Source of the DNA: Deinococcota bacterium
Lineage (GTDB): Bacteria; Deinococcota; Deinococci; Deinococcales; Thermaceae
Direction of reading: 5' to 3'
DNA length: 64,000 nucleotides
Assembly: GCA_041695225.1 (NCBI GenBank)
Contig: JBGFRI010000001.1
Location: 8,438 to 72,437 of the forward strand
In this document: one piece after another, positions 55,470-64,000 of the stretch
How positions within the stretch are numbered: position 1 is the stretch's first letter
How the letters are laid out: the number at the start of each line of letters is the position of its first letter
Translations under genes and position numbers: made by a program
The notes under the pieces: model-generated
Told to the model about the DNA's origin: nothing
The model's database searches: none
The model's input: only the letters and a program-made list of their open reading frames with translations

Positions 55470-56663
55470 CTATCCCAGGCTCACCGCTTCCTTCTTCGGA
55501 CTCTCGCCCAGCGCGTTTAGGCCGGTGAATTCACGGCCCAGGATCAGGGTGTGGATGTCGTGGGTGCCCTCGTAGGTGTCCACTGTTTCCAGGTTCAGCA
55601 TGTGGCGGATGGAGTGGTACTCGAGCGTAATCCCACTACCCCCCAGGATTTCACGGGCAGCCCTGGCCCCGCCCAGCGCGGCCCGCACATTATCGCGCTT
55701 GCCCAGCGAGACCTGGGCCGGCTCGAGCCTGCCGGCGTCCTTGAGCTGGGCCAGGCGCCAGGCCAGGAGCAGGCCCTTGGTGTGGTCGGCGGCCATGCGA
55801 ACCAGCTTCTCCTGCACCAGCTGGCGGCTGGCAATGGGGGAACCAAAAGTAACGCGGCTCTTGGCATAGTCGAGCGCCTCGGTGTAGACCGCTTCCAGTG
55901 CGCCCAGCGCCCCCCAGGCGATGCCGTAGCGGGCCTGGGTGAGGCAGGAGAGCGGCCCCTTGAGGCCTTTAACACCGGGGAGCATCGCGCTGGCCGGAAC
56001 ACGCACCTCCTCCAGCACCAGCTCACTGGTGACCGAGGCCCGCAGACTGGCCTTGTGCATTATCTTGTTAGCCTTAAAGCCTCTGGCATGAGTGGGCACC
56101 ACAAAGCCGCGCACCACGCCCTCGTCGTCCTTGGCCCAGACCACCGCCAGATGCGCCAGGTTGCCGTTGGTGATCCACATCTTGGTGCCGCTAAGGATGT
56201 AGTCGCGGCCGTCCCGCCGGGCGCGGGTCTTCATGTTGGCGTCGGGGTCGCTTCCGCCGTCGGCCTCGGTCAGACCGAAGCAGCCTACGTACTCGCCGGT
56301 AGCGAGCCTGGGCAGGTATTCGCGCTTCTGCTCCTCGGAGCCGAAGGCGTAGATGGGGTACATCACCAGGCTGCTCTGCACACTGCAAAAGGAGCGGATG
56401 CCAGAGTCTATACGCTCGAGCTCGTAACTCACCACCCCGTAAGTGGCCGCGCTGGCCCCCATACCGCCATAGTCGGTGGGGATGCTGGTGCCCAGAAAGC
56501 CCATCTGGCCAAACTTTTTGATCAGGTGGGTGGGAAACTCGGCGTTTTCCCACCACTCGGCAATGTGCGGCAGGCACTCCGCTTCTAAGAACTTGCGCGC
56601 AGCCCTCTGAATTTCGCGCTCCTCGGGGGTAAGCAGCTCGGCCACCTGGTAGAAGTCAAACAT
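55470..56663 (-). CDS. Glutaryl-CoA dehydrogenase-like acyl-CoA dehydrogenase
   Basis: ELERIDSG.RS..SVQSSL, FGLTE..GSDP and TYEGTHDIH motifs. Confidence 0.9.
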   Translation of the reverse strand: MFDFYQVAELLTPEEREIQRAARKFLEAECLPHIAEWWENAEFPTHLIKKFGQMGFLGTSIPTDYGGMGASAATYGVVSYELERIDSGIRSFCSVQSSLVMYPIYAFGSEEQKREYLPRLATGEYVGCFGLTEADGGSDPDANMKTRARRDGRDYILSGTKMWITNGNLAHLAVVWAKDDEGVVRGFVVPTHARGFKANKIMHKASLRASVTSELVLEEVRVPASAMLPGVKGLKGPLSCLTQARYGIAWGALGALEAVYTEALDYAKSRVTFGSPIASRQLVQEKLVRMAADHTKGLLLAWRLAQLKDAGRLEPAQVSLGKRDNVRAALGGARAAREILGGSGITLEYHSIRHMLNLETVDTYEGTHDIHTLILGREFTGLNALGESPKKEAVSLG

Positions 56664-56759
56664 GGGAAACCTCGAGTTTTGATTGTACTTCAGAGCCTCA
56701 GCAAGTACCCGAATCGCGCCATCTAAACTGTTGCCCAGGGGAGTATGGTCTGGCCATGA

Positions 56760-57062
56760 AAGTCGCAGGTCTCAAGTCGCAGGTCGCAGGTCGGAAGTTA
56801 GTCGCGGGTCAAAGGTCGAGGGTCAAAGGTCAAAAATCGGTCTCAGGTCGCACGTCCGAAGCCAAAAGCTATCAGCTATCGGCCATTGACTATAGGCTAT
56901 CGACCATTGACTATCGACTCATTGAATGTCTCAGAATGTCTCAGGTCGCAGGTCGCAGGTCACGGGTCACAGGTCGAAGGTCGAAGGACGATTGTCTATG
57001 GACCATAGACTATAGACGATAGACTGGACCTCCTGCTGTTTGCCCTGGACTTTCGACCTGCA
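56760..57062. repeat. Heptameric tandem repeat tract (GTCGCAG, GTCAAAG, GCTATCG and GACTATA units)
   Basis: Same unit order and linkers (aagttagtcgc, gaatgtc) as 6525-6795. Confidence 0.9.
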
Positions 57063-57089
57063 TCACGCTTTGTGAAGGGTGAGACATGT

Positions 57090-58745
57090 TTACTTCTCCC
57101 CCATTCTGCGGTACCCTGCCCACAGCGCCAGCGCCACAGGAATCAGGGTTGCGGCTACCAAGATCAACAACCACCAGGGGCCCTCGCTGCTAGCCAGATA
57201 GTTGGTCTGGCGCTGGGTGATAGCCAGGTAGACCGGCCGGCTGGCCAGCGCCACCAACAGCCCCGAGTGCAGCAAGATAATGGCCATATACAAAAAGCCG
57301 CCTATTCCAATGGGTATCTCGGCAGGGTTCGAGGCATCGAACCTGGGGAAGGCGGCCCCCAGGCCCACGCCGATGCCCGCTGCCGCGATGGCCGAGGCCA
57401 GCCCAAGGATTAGAGAGATCTGGGTCAGGTTCTCGTCCAAACCGATCACCCTGGGCGAGTAGTAGCCCAGGGCAAGGCCCAGCGGCAACAAAAAGAACAG
57501 TGCCAGCCCGAAGCGGGTCAGGAGCATGGTTGCTTTGGAGACCGGGCCGGTCTGGAGCATCCAGTAGCCCTGGCCCTCGAGGCTATACAGCGGATAGGCC
57601 AGGCGCACCCCCACCCCCCCAATCACAAAGCCCTGGAAGGCCAGGTGCATGAAACCCGCCACCATTTGAAAACGCGCATCGCCCAGGGGGAGGTACTGCA
57701 AACTGGTGGTATACAACAGAACCAGCACCCCCACCAGAATCAGCTGGGAGGCCTGGTTGGCATCGCGGAAGAACAGGCGCAGGTCGCGCACCCAGAGCGC
57801 TAAGGACAGGCTCGAGGTCGTCCAGCGATCCAGCAGGCCGGGGCGCAGGATGCCGCGTTCACGCACGGTACCCTCGAGGGCCCGCACCCAGCCTTGCTGG
57901 TAGGCATAGCCTGCCCCCAGCCCCGCCACCACCAGCAAGCCCCCCGAAAGAGCCAGCAGCAGCCAGAACTGGGGTTCTACATCACCCCGGACCAGGCCCT
58001 CGAGAGCCTGCTGGGCCAGGGCCGAGGGCAGAAAAGGGGCGGTGGGGTCGCGGAAGGTCTGGAGGAAGCGATCCAGCTCCTCTGGGTTGGCAAAATCGGT
58101 CTGGAGCAGCACCTCGGGCCGCAAAGCCCGCAACAGCAAGATCAAGAGACCGCCCAGCACCGCTCCCAGCGCCGCCGCCCACTCCCGCGCCCGGCCCACC
58201 GGGGCAAAGCGCACCAGCGGCAGGGCCAGTCCCACCCCCAGCACTACCGGAAAGGCAAACAGGGCCAGCGCAACCAGGGTGGCCCCCAGGAAAAAAAGTG
58301 GTGGAGCAGCAAAATGTGCCCCGTAGGCAAACAAAACCGGCAGCAGCAAGATGGTGGGGATGAGTGCGGTGGTGGTGAACACCTCGCCCACCTTGAACAA
58401 AAACACCCGGCTGGCTTTCTGGGGTAGCGCCAGGTGCAGGGGCAGGTCTTCGGAGGTATAGAGCACCGCCACGGCGTTGGGCAAAGCCGAGAGCACCACC
58501 GCGCTGGAAAGAACCAGGAGCAGGCTGCCCAGAATGCGGTCTACCACCACGTCGCGGATGAAGGCCGCCGCCAGCCTATCCAAAAGACCACTGCCAAATA
58601 GTTCGTTAGCGATAAAGTTCAGGAACCAGCCTGTCCCAAACCAGGCCCCATACACCAGCCCTGCTCCCAGCAACAGACCCATCAAGGCCGAGGCCGGCGC
58701 CTGGCGAAAGCCATTCCACAGCATCTGTAGCCTGAGGGTCAGCAT
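57090..58745 (-). CDS. Putative ABC-2 type exporter permease
   Basis: Many transmembrane segments; DL..HLALP, RDLRLFFRD, SLEG..YW and GA.FPRFD motifs. Confidence 0.8.
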   Translation of the reverse strand: MLTLRLQMLWNGFRQAPASALMGLLLGAGLVYGAWFGTGWFLNFIANELFGSGLLDRLAAAFIRDVVVDRILGSLLLVLSSAVVLSALPNAVAVLYTSEDLPLHLALPQKASRVFLFKVGEVFTTTALIPTILLLPVLFAYGAHFAAPPLFFLGATLVALALFAFPVVLGVGLALPLVRFAPVGRAREWAAALGAVLGGLLILLLRALRPEVLLQTDFANPEELDRFLQTFRDPTAPFLPSALAQQALEGLVRGDVEPQFWLLLALSGGLLVVAGLGAGYAYQQGWVRALEGTVRERGILRPGLLDRWTTSSLSLALWVRDLRLFFRDANQASQLILVGVLVLLYTTSLQYLPLGDARFQMVAGFMHLAFQGFVIGGVGVRLAYPLYSLEGQGYWMLQTGPVSKATMLLTRFGLALFFLLPLGLALGYYSPRVIGLDENLTQISLILGLASAIAAAGIGVGLGAAFPRFDASNPAEIPIGIGGFLYMAIILLHSGLLVALASRPVYLAITQRQTNYLASSEGPWWLLILVAATLIPVALALWAGYRRMGEK

Positions 58746-58879
58746 CCCGCCTAAAGTCTAGTTCACCCGACCAGAACCATTGGTGCTTTTCCCGCCCCGA
58801 ATTTGCTTCTGCTCGCGAAAGCGCACCTTTGCGAGTACAGCACCAGGTGGTATGCCGAGCAGGATGCAGCGACAAATAA

Positions 58880-58958
58880 GGTCTAAGGTCGAAGGTCGAA
58901 GGTCTGCGACGGTCTCACGTTCTGGCCTTCGACCTTTATCTTCAGGCCTTCGACCAAG
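58880..58958. repeat. Hairpin with heptamer arms
   Basis: ggtctaaggtcgaaggtcgaaggtc...ggccttcgacctttatcttcaggccttcgacc; resembles 20290-20366. Confidence 0.8.
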
Positions 58959-59086
58959 TTCCTAGTTCTGGCAGCACCTAGCCAGTCTCAACGAAACCCC
59001 CGCATCAGGAGGGGACGGGGTGGTGTGCTTACAGAACTCCCATGCTGACATATGCCCAACGCGGCCCATGCTTTAGACTGGAGCAA

Positions 59087-59722
59087 ATGTTAGTCAAAGA
59101 CGTAATGAAAAGCCCGGTGCTGACAGTGGATGTCTCGGTAACGCTCGAGGCCGCCTACCAGATCATGCTCCAGCGCAACATAAGACACATCCCGGTCACT
59201 CGCGAGGGCCGTCTGGCCGGAATGATTACCGACCGCGACATTCGGCTGGCCACCAGCCCCTTCGCCGCAGGGGGCGCCAGGCCCATAGAAACACCAGTGG
59301 GGCAGGCCATGACCCAGCCGGTGATCACCGGCGACCCCCTGGATCCGGTAGAAGAGGCTGCACGGGTTATGCGGCAGCGTAAAATTGGGGCTCTGCCCAT
59401 CCTGGATGGCGAAGAGCTGGTGGGCATCGTGACCGGGATTGACCTGCTGGATGCGCTCTTGCGCCTAACCGGAGTGCAGAAGCCCAGTGGAAGGCTCGAG
59501 GTCTGCCTCGATGACCGGCCCGGCGAGCTAGCCCGGCTGAGTGGGGAACTGGCCAGACACAACATCAACATCCACTCCATGCTGACCTACCCTAGCGGCG
59601 AAGCAACCGTCACTACCGTGGTGCGGATTGGCACTCTGGATGTACGCAAGCTGGCCCACGACTTGCGCCAACAAGGTTACGATGTGCGCTGGCCGCCCCA
59701 GATATCCGGCAAGAGCCTATGA
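59087..59722 (+). CDS. acuB: CBS + ACT domain protein (AcuB-like)
   Basis: Tandem CBS domains (IRHIPV..GMITDRD, IGALP) and ACT DRPGEL; coupled to acuC. Confidence 0.85.
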   Translation: MLVKDVMKSPVLTVDVSVTLEAAYQIMLQRNIRHIPVTREGRLAGMITDRDIRLATSPFAAGGARPIETPVGQAMTQPVITGDPLDPVEEAARVMRQRKIGALPILDGEELVGIVTGIDLLDALLRLTGVQKPSGRLEVCLDDRPGELARLSGELARHNINIHSMLTYPSGEATVTTVVRIGTLDVRKLAHDLRQQGYDVRWPPQISGKSL

Positions 59723-60855
59723 GTGTTCCGGTCATCTATAGCCCACATTACCAGCTCTACAACTTTGGCCCGCGGCACCCCTTCAGCCCCGTTAGGCTAG
59801 AAATGCTACTTGATTTACTGGAGCACCTGGGCCACCCAGCCCAGTTTGTCGAGCCCAGCCAGGCGACCCGCGAGGAAGTGCGCAGCGTGCACCTGGAGTC
59901 GTTCGTCCGGCGCGTCGAGGCTGCCGGGCGGGGCGAGCGCACACCCGACTTCGACCATTATGGCATTGGAACTGCCGACACCCCCATCTTCGCCGGCATG
60001 GACGAAGCCGCCCGCTGGCTGGTGGGGGGTACGCTAACCGCGGCCAGGATGATCTCAACGGGTAAGGCCAAGGAAGTCTTACAGCTGGGGGGTGGTCTTC
60101 ATCATGCCCAGAAAGACCTGGCCTCGGGTTTTTGCATCTACAACGACCTCTCGGTAGCCATTCGTCATCTCACAGACCAGGGTCTGCGAGTGGCCTACCT
60201 GGATATAGACGTGCACCACGGCGATGGGGTACAGTGGATTCACTACGACGAGCCGGGGGTGCTTACTTTTTCCATCCACGAGTCGGGGCGTTACCTTTAT
60301 CCCGGCACTGGCTACATCCACGAGATCGGCAAGGCCGAGGGCACCGGGCGCAAGCTAAACATCCCGCTGGAGCCCTTTACCGAGGACGACTCTTACCTGG
60401 AGGTCTTGCAGATGGGCCTCGAGCCGGCCCTGCGCTGGTTCCGCCCCGACGCCATGGTAATCCAGTGCGGCGCCGATGCCCACTATCTGGATCCTCTGGC
60501 CGAAATTTTACTTACCACCAGGGTCTATACGAAAATTTTCCCGCTCCTGCGCCAGTATGTAGCCGATTTTTCTGGCGGGAATGCGGTCTACACCCTGGGC
60601 GGGGGTTACAGCCTGGATGCCACCAGCCGCATCTGGGCCATTCTGTATCTGACTCTGCAAGACCTGCCACTGCCCGACCACCTCCCCGAGCCCTGGCTAA
60701 GGCGCTGGGGAACCCAGCTTGGTCATCTGCTTACCCATACCCTGCTCGACCCCGAAGGCAGCTACTCCGAAATCCCCCGCAAGCCCGAAATAGAGCGGCG
60801 CAACCGCCATGTCACCGAGCGCATGCTGGAAGCGGTAAGGCCCTACTGGAACTAG
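59719..60855 (+). CDS. acuC: Acetoin utilization protein, HDAC-family deacetylase
   Basis: GGLHHA, GFCIYND, DIDVHHGDG and GGGY motifs. Confidence 0.92.
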   Translation: MSVPVIYSPHYQLYNFGPRHPFSPVRLEMLLDLLEHLGHPAQFVEPSQATREEVRSVHLESFVRRVEAAGRGERTPDFDHYGIGTADTPIFAGMDEAARWLVGGTLTAARMISTGKAKEVLQLGGGLHHAQKDLASGFCIYNDLSVAIRHLTDQGLRVAYLDIDVHHGDGVQWIHYDEPGVLTFSIHESGRYLYPGTGYIHEIGKAEGTGRKLNIPLEPFTEDDSYLEVLQMGLEPALRWFRPDAMVIQCGADAHYLDPLAEILLTTRVYTKIFPLLRQYVADFSGGNAVYTLGGGYSLDATSRIWAILYLTLQDLPLPDHLPEPWLRRWGTQLGHLLTHTLLDPEGSYSEIPRKPEIERRNRHVTERMLEAVRPYWN

Positions 60856-61027
60856 CTCTGGCAATCGACAGGGTGATGGACTGGTGGAGGATGGAAGTGA
60901 TTAATCCATACACCCGCAGTTAGTGTGAAGGTCGAGGGTCTAGGGTCAAGGGTCTAGGGGATTAATCCATACGCTCGCAGTTTGTGTGAAGATGTCTGGA
61001 AACTGTTCCGTGTTTGCGAGGTGTAGG

Positions 61028-61267
61028 ATGCAGCTACAACAAGGCCTGTATCAGCATTACAAGGGCAAGCACTACTGGGTGCACGGCCTGGCCCGGCATT
61101 CTGAAACGAATGAGTGGTTTGTGGTCTACGAAACCCGTTACGGTACCGGGCCCGAAACCCTGTGGGTACGTCCACTGCATATGTTTTTGGAAGATGTTGA
61201 CCTGGGTGGCAGACCAGTACCGCGATTTCGCTATGTGGGCGAAAGCTCGAACCCCAAAGAACCGTGA
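61028..61267 (+). CDS. DUF1653 domain protein
   Basis: GLYQHYKG..ARHSET..VVY..LWVRP..MF motif. Confidence 0.85.
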   Translation: MQLQQGLYQHYKGKHYWVHGLARHSETNEWFVVYETRYGTGPETLWVRPLHMFLEDVDLGGRPVPRFRYVGESSNPKEP

Positions 61268-61431
61268 ACTGACCCCACCATCCCAGCAGCAGGCAGGTTG
61301 CTCGGTAGGGAGGGTGCGCAGTTAGACCTTATGCGATAGTACGGTTATGCTGCGGCGAGTTGTCGTGGCTGACTATAGCTATCCGCTATTGGCTATCAGC
61401 TATCAGCAGCCTCAGTAGGAAGTCTATTCGA

Positions 61432-62217
61432 TCACAGCAGCGCACGAATAGCACCCCCGTCAACCATAATCGCCTGGCCGGTCAGGTAGCTGGCTCTGGC
61501 CGACAACATGAAAGCTGCGACATCGGCAATCTCCTGCGGCGAAGCCATGCGACCTGCTGGAATCTGCGCAGTCTGCTGGGCATAGGCCGCTTCCAGGCCG
61601 ATACCCTGCTGTTGGGCGCGGAAGGCAAACACCTCCTCAACCCGCTCGGTAAGGGTATAGCCGGGCCCCAGGGTATTAACCGTGACACCCTGGGCCGCGA
61701 CCTCCCTGGCAAGGGTCTTAGCGTAACCGGTGAGCCCGGCTCGAAGTGTGTTGGAAAGAGCCAGGTTCTCGATGGGTTCCTTGGCTGCCAGCGAGGTGAT
61801 AAACAGGATTCTTCCGAACCGACGCGACTGCATCCCCGGCAGCAGGGCACTGGCCAGACTAACCATGGGATACAACAGCGACTCGGCGGCAGTGCGAAAG
61901 TCTTGGGGTTTCAGGTGCTGGGCCGTGCCGGGCCTGGGGCCGCCAGTATTACCCAAAAGGAGTTCTACCGTTCCGAGGTTCTGGGCTTGGGTAACCAGGT
62001 CTTCGACCTGATCTGGTCTGGTAAAATCGACAGAAACCGCGTGGGCCTCTCCCCCACTCATCTCGATTTCACGCACCAGCTCCTGTAACTTTTCCTTGTT
62101 TCGTGCCGCAACCACTACCCTGGCCCCTTCACGCGCCAAAGTGGTAGCAATAGCCCGTCCAATTCCCTGCGAAGCACCAGTAACCAGCGCCAGTTTGCCG
62201 GCGATCCCCAAATCCAT
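61432..62217 (-). CDS. SDR family oxidoreductase
   Basis: TGASQGIG, NTGGP and SYLTGQAIMVDGG motifs; catalytic YxxxK appears as SNTLR. Confidence 0.9.
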   Translation of the reverse strand: MDLGIAGKLALVTGASQGIGRAIATTLAREGARVVVAARNKEKLQELVREIEMSGGEAHAVSVDFTRPDQVEDLVTQAQNLGTVELLLGNTGGPRPGTAQHLKPQDFRTAAESLLYPMVSLASALLPGMQSRRFGRILFITSLAAKEPIENLALSNTLRAGLTGYAKTLAREVAAQGVTVNTLGPGYTLTERVEEVFAFRAQQQGIGLEAAYAQQTAQIPAGRMASPQEIADVAAFMLSARASYLTGQAIMVDGGAIRALL

Positions 62218-62269
62218 GAGCCCATAATATCGGGTAGGCGAGTCACGTTGGCTTGGATGAGGGAATCTG

Positions 62270-62743
62270 CTACTTCAAGGGCTTCAGGTACCAGCTAAGG
62301 GTGGGGCCGCTGTCGCGCAGATGGTAAAACCCGAGTCTTTCCCAGAATCGTTTTGCCTGTTGATTGTTGCCATATACCACCGCATAGAGCTGATGCATGC
62401 GGCCATTGAGCAGGGCCTCGAGCTGTTTTACGGCTGCCTTGCCCAGCCCCCGCCCCTGCAGGCTTTCGTCAATTAACAGCAGGCTGATGGCCGCCGAGTG
62501 CAGATCGGGGTAGGCTACCTTATAGTCCAGAAAACCCACCACATGGTCCTCATGGCGCAGCAGCAGCACCTGCCGCCGGGTGTCGTGGCGCAGGGTCTCG
62601 AGGTCGCGCTCTATATCGTTGAGGGTAGGCGTGTCGCCCCCAATCAGGGCAATATAGGTAGGGCAGCTAAGGTACAGACTGTGCACAATAGGGGCTGAAT
62701 CGGCAGAGACGGGCAGGAAGTCGAGATGTGCAAAGACTTTCAT
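62270..62743 (-). CDS. GNAT family N-acetyltransferase
   Basis: QGRGLG and N..AKRFWERLGF motifs. Confidence 0.85.
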   Translation of the reverse strand: MKVFAHLDFLPVSADSAPIVHSLYLSCPTYIALIGGDTPTLNDIERDLETLRHDTRRQVLLLRHEDHVVGFLDYKVAYPDLHSAAISLLLIDESLQGRGLGKAAVKQLEALLNGRMHQLYAVVYGNNQQAKRFWERLGFYHLRDSGPTLSWYLKPLK

Positions 62744-62986
62744 AGTTTGTTGTTGATTGTATACCTGGTGGTTGAACCGGGATGTAATTTGCAACCACCC
62801 TTTGTGCACACCATCACTTCTGGCCCATGGCCCAACCCTACATGCCCTTCCGCAAATTTGGATACTGCTTGGTGGGTAAAGGTACCCTACTGCCGCACGC
62901 TTGAGGTACGCAAAGGCGCAGGGCAAAAGGCAGGCGACTGATTACGACTAAAAACCCCCGGCCTCCCGAGGGTCTGTCTGCAAGCC

Positions 62987-63214
62987 CTAAAAACGCCTGG
63001 CTGTTTCAACCACGTGTACATTGGCCGCCTGAGGGCCTTTACCATTCTTGCCCGGCTCAATTTCGAAGGTTACCACGTCGCCTTCGTTCAGGGTGCGGAA
63101 GCCCCGGGACTGAATAGCGCTGTAGTGTACAAATACGTCCGGCTCACCTTCTTCTCGCTGAATAAAGCCATAGCCCTTTTCCGCATTGAACCACTTCACT
63201 TTACCTTTTTGCAT
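62987..63214 (-). CDS. Cold-shock protein
   Basis: [24 protein letters not shown] and KGPQAANV motifs; AAGGAG RBS. Confidence 0.96.
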   Translation of the reverse strand: MQKGKVKWFNAEKGYGFIQREEGEPDVFVHYSAIQSRGFRTLNEGDVVTFEIEPGKNGKGPQAANVHVVETARRF

Positions 63215-63619
63215 ACTGCTCCTTGCTACGGGCTAACCCTGCCACACTGTATAGCCCGGCCCAGGACTAAGGCGCTGAACTACCCAAAAAGCATCTGCCT
63301 CCGCTCCGAACCATGGAGTAAGCGCATACCATAGTCACCGGTGGGTGCAACGCCATGGGCCACCTCAGAAATCTCCCAGACGATTCAAGATAGCACCCCA
63401 GAGTACTTTGTGTCTACCACATAAAGCAAAGCTGGGAGCCTTGGCTCCCAGCGCAGCAAATCTACACTCGCGCCCAGGGCAGGTCACAACGACTACCGGG
63501 CGTACCTCCGTAGAATCGTTCCCTCTTAGTCAATACGAGTAGGCCCGTGGGCCGACGAAGCAATCGGCTAGATGACGGCATGGCCGGGGGTGGGTGTGAT
63601 TAATCCATAGACTGGGTGA

Positions 63620-63890
63620 CGGAGTGGCCGAGGCTTGCCCTGAGCGCAGTCGAAGCAACCGTCATGGTGAGGAGGATACCAGGCCCCGCTCTGCTCACTC
63701 TGGGGAGACCCTAGACCGAGGAAGCAATAGACTAGGCGACGGAGTGGCCGAGGCTTGTCCTGAGCCTTGCCCTGAGCCCGTCGAAGGAGCCTGCCCTGAG
63801 CCTGTCGAAGGGGCAGTCGAAGGGATGGAGGCGATTAATACAAGATGTCTCAGGTCGAAAGTCGAAGGTCGAAAGTCGTTAGACCTTGTA
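63620..63890. repeat. Composite REP-like cluster
   Basis: gacggagtggccgaggcttg occurs twice, plus an inverted copy of 8152-8232 and gtcgaaa/gtcgaag heptamers. Confidence 0.85.
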
Positions 63891-64000
63891 TCTTGAAATA
63901 GGGACACCGCACGGCAGACCGATTGACCCAAGGTCTACCAGACCGTGTCGAAGCGTGGGTCGCCGTGCGGGAGTCTCCAGCCAGAGTCCGAACGGTTGTC

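Noticed and set aside
55551..56588. Long antisense ORFs (also 5737-6609, 11877-12704 and 32652-33632)
   Set aside because: Shadow frames expected from high-GC codon usage opposite real genes.
56683..57022. ORFs rich in SQVAGR and LSTIDY
   Set aside because: Products of heptamer repeats.
60899..60991. CRISPR-like repeat-spacer-repeat
   Set aside because: Only two imperfect repeats, the spacer is itself a heptamer tract, and there are no cas genes.

Overview
A GC-rich chromosomal window that looks like Deinococcota, most likely Meiothermus. The assignment is an inference from the GlnRS-YqeY fusion, Thermus-type MalE/F/G, MalQ and TrpAB, and pervasive leaderless TANNNT promoters. Most of the window is housekeeping or metabolic: aroE fragment, paaZ, trpA/B/C, glnS, sodA, fumC, dnaG, rpe, malQ/malEFG, rph, acuB/C, csp, tRNA-Ala(GGC) and tRNA-Ser(GGA). 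There is no prophage, integrase or CRISPR array. The notable signals are mostly outside the ORF track: (1) an unannotated Trp-rich leader peptide and attenuator in front of trpBA; (2) a 6S-like structured RNA candidate next to it; (3) an inactivated RAYT transposase framed by GTAG REPs; (4) several families of palindromic and heptameric repeats, some of them inserted in frame into glnS, trpB and a GNAT gene; (5) strong CTCGAG over-representation alongside an orphan beta-class DNA methyltransferase; (6) Lys depletion with AGA/AGG Arg codons in exported proteins; (7) two STAND/NLR-like regulators, each directly upstream of a secreted lipoprotein, one with a SARP-type 11-bp direct repeat; and (8) a shared LacI-type operator at malQ, malE and malF. 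All calls come from reading the sequence by eye; no database searches were run.
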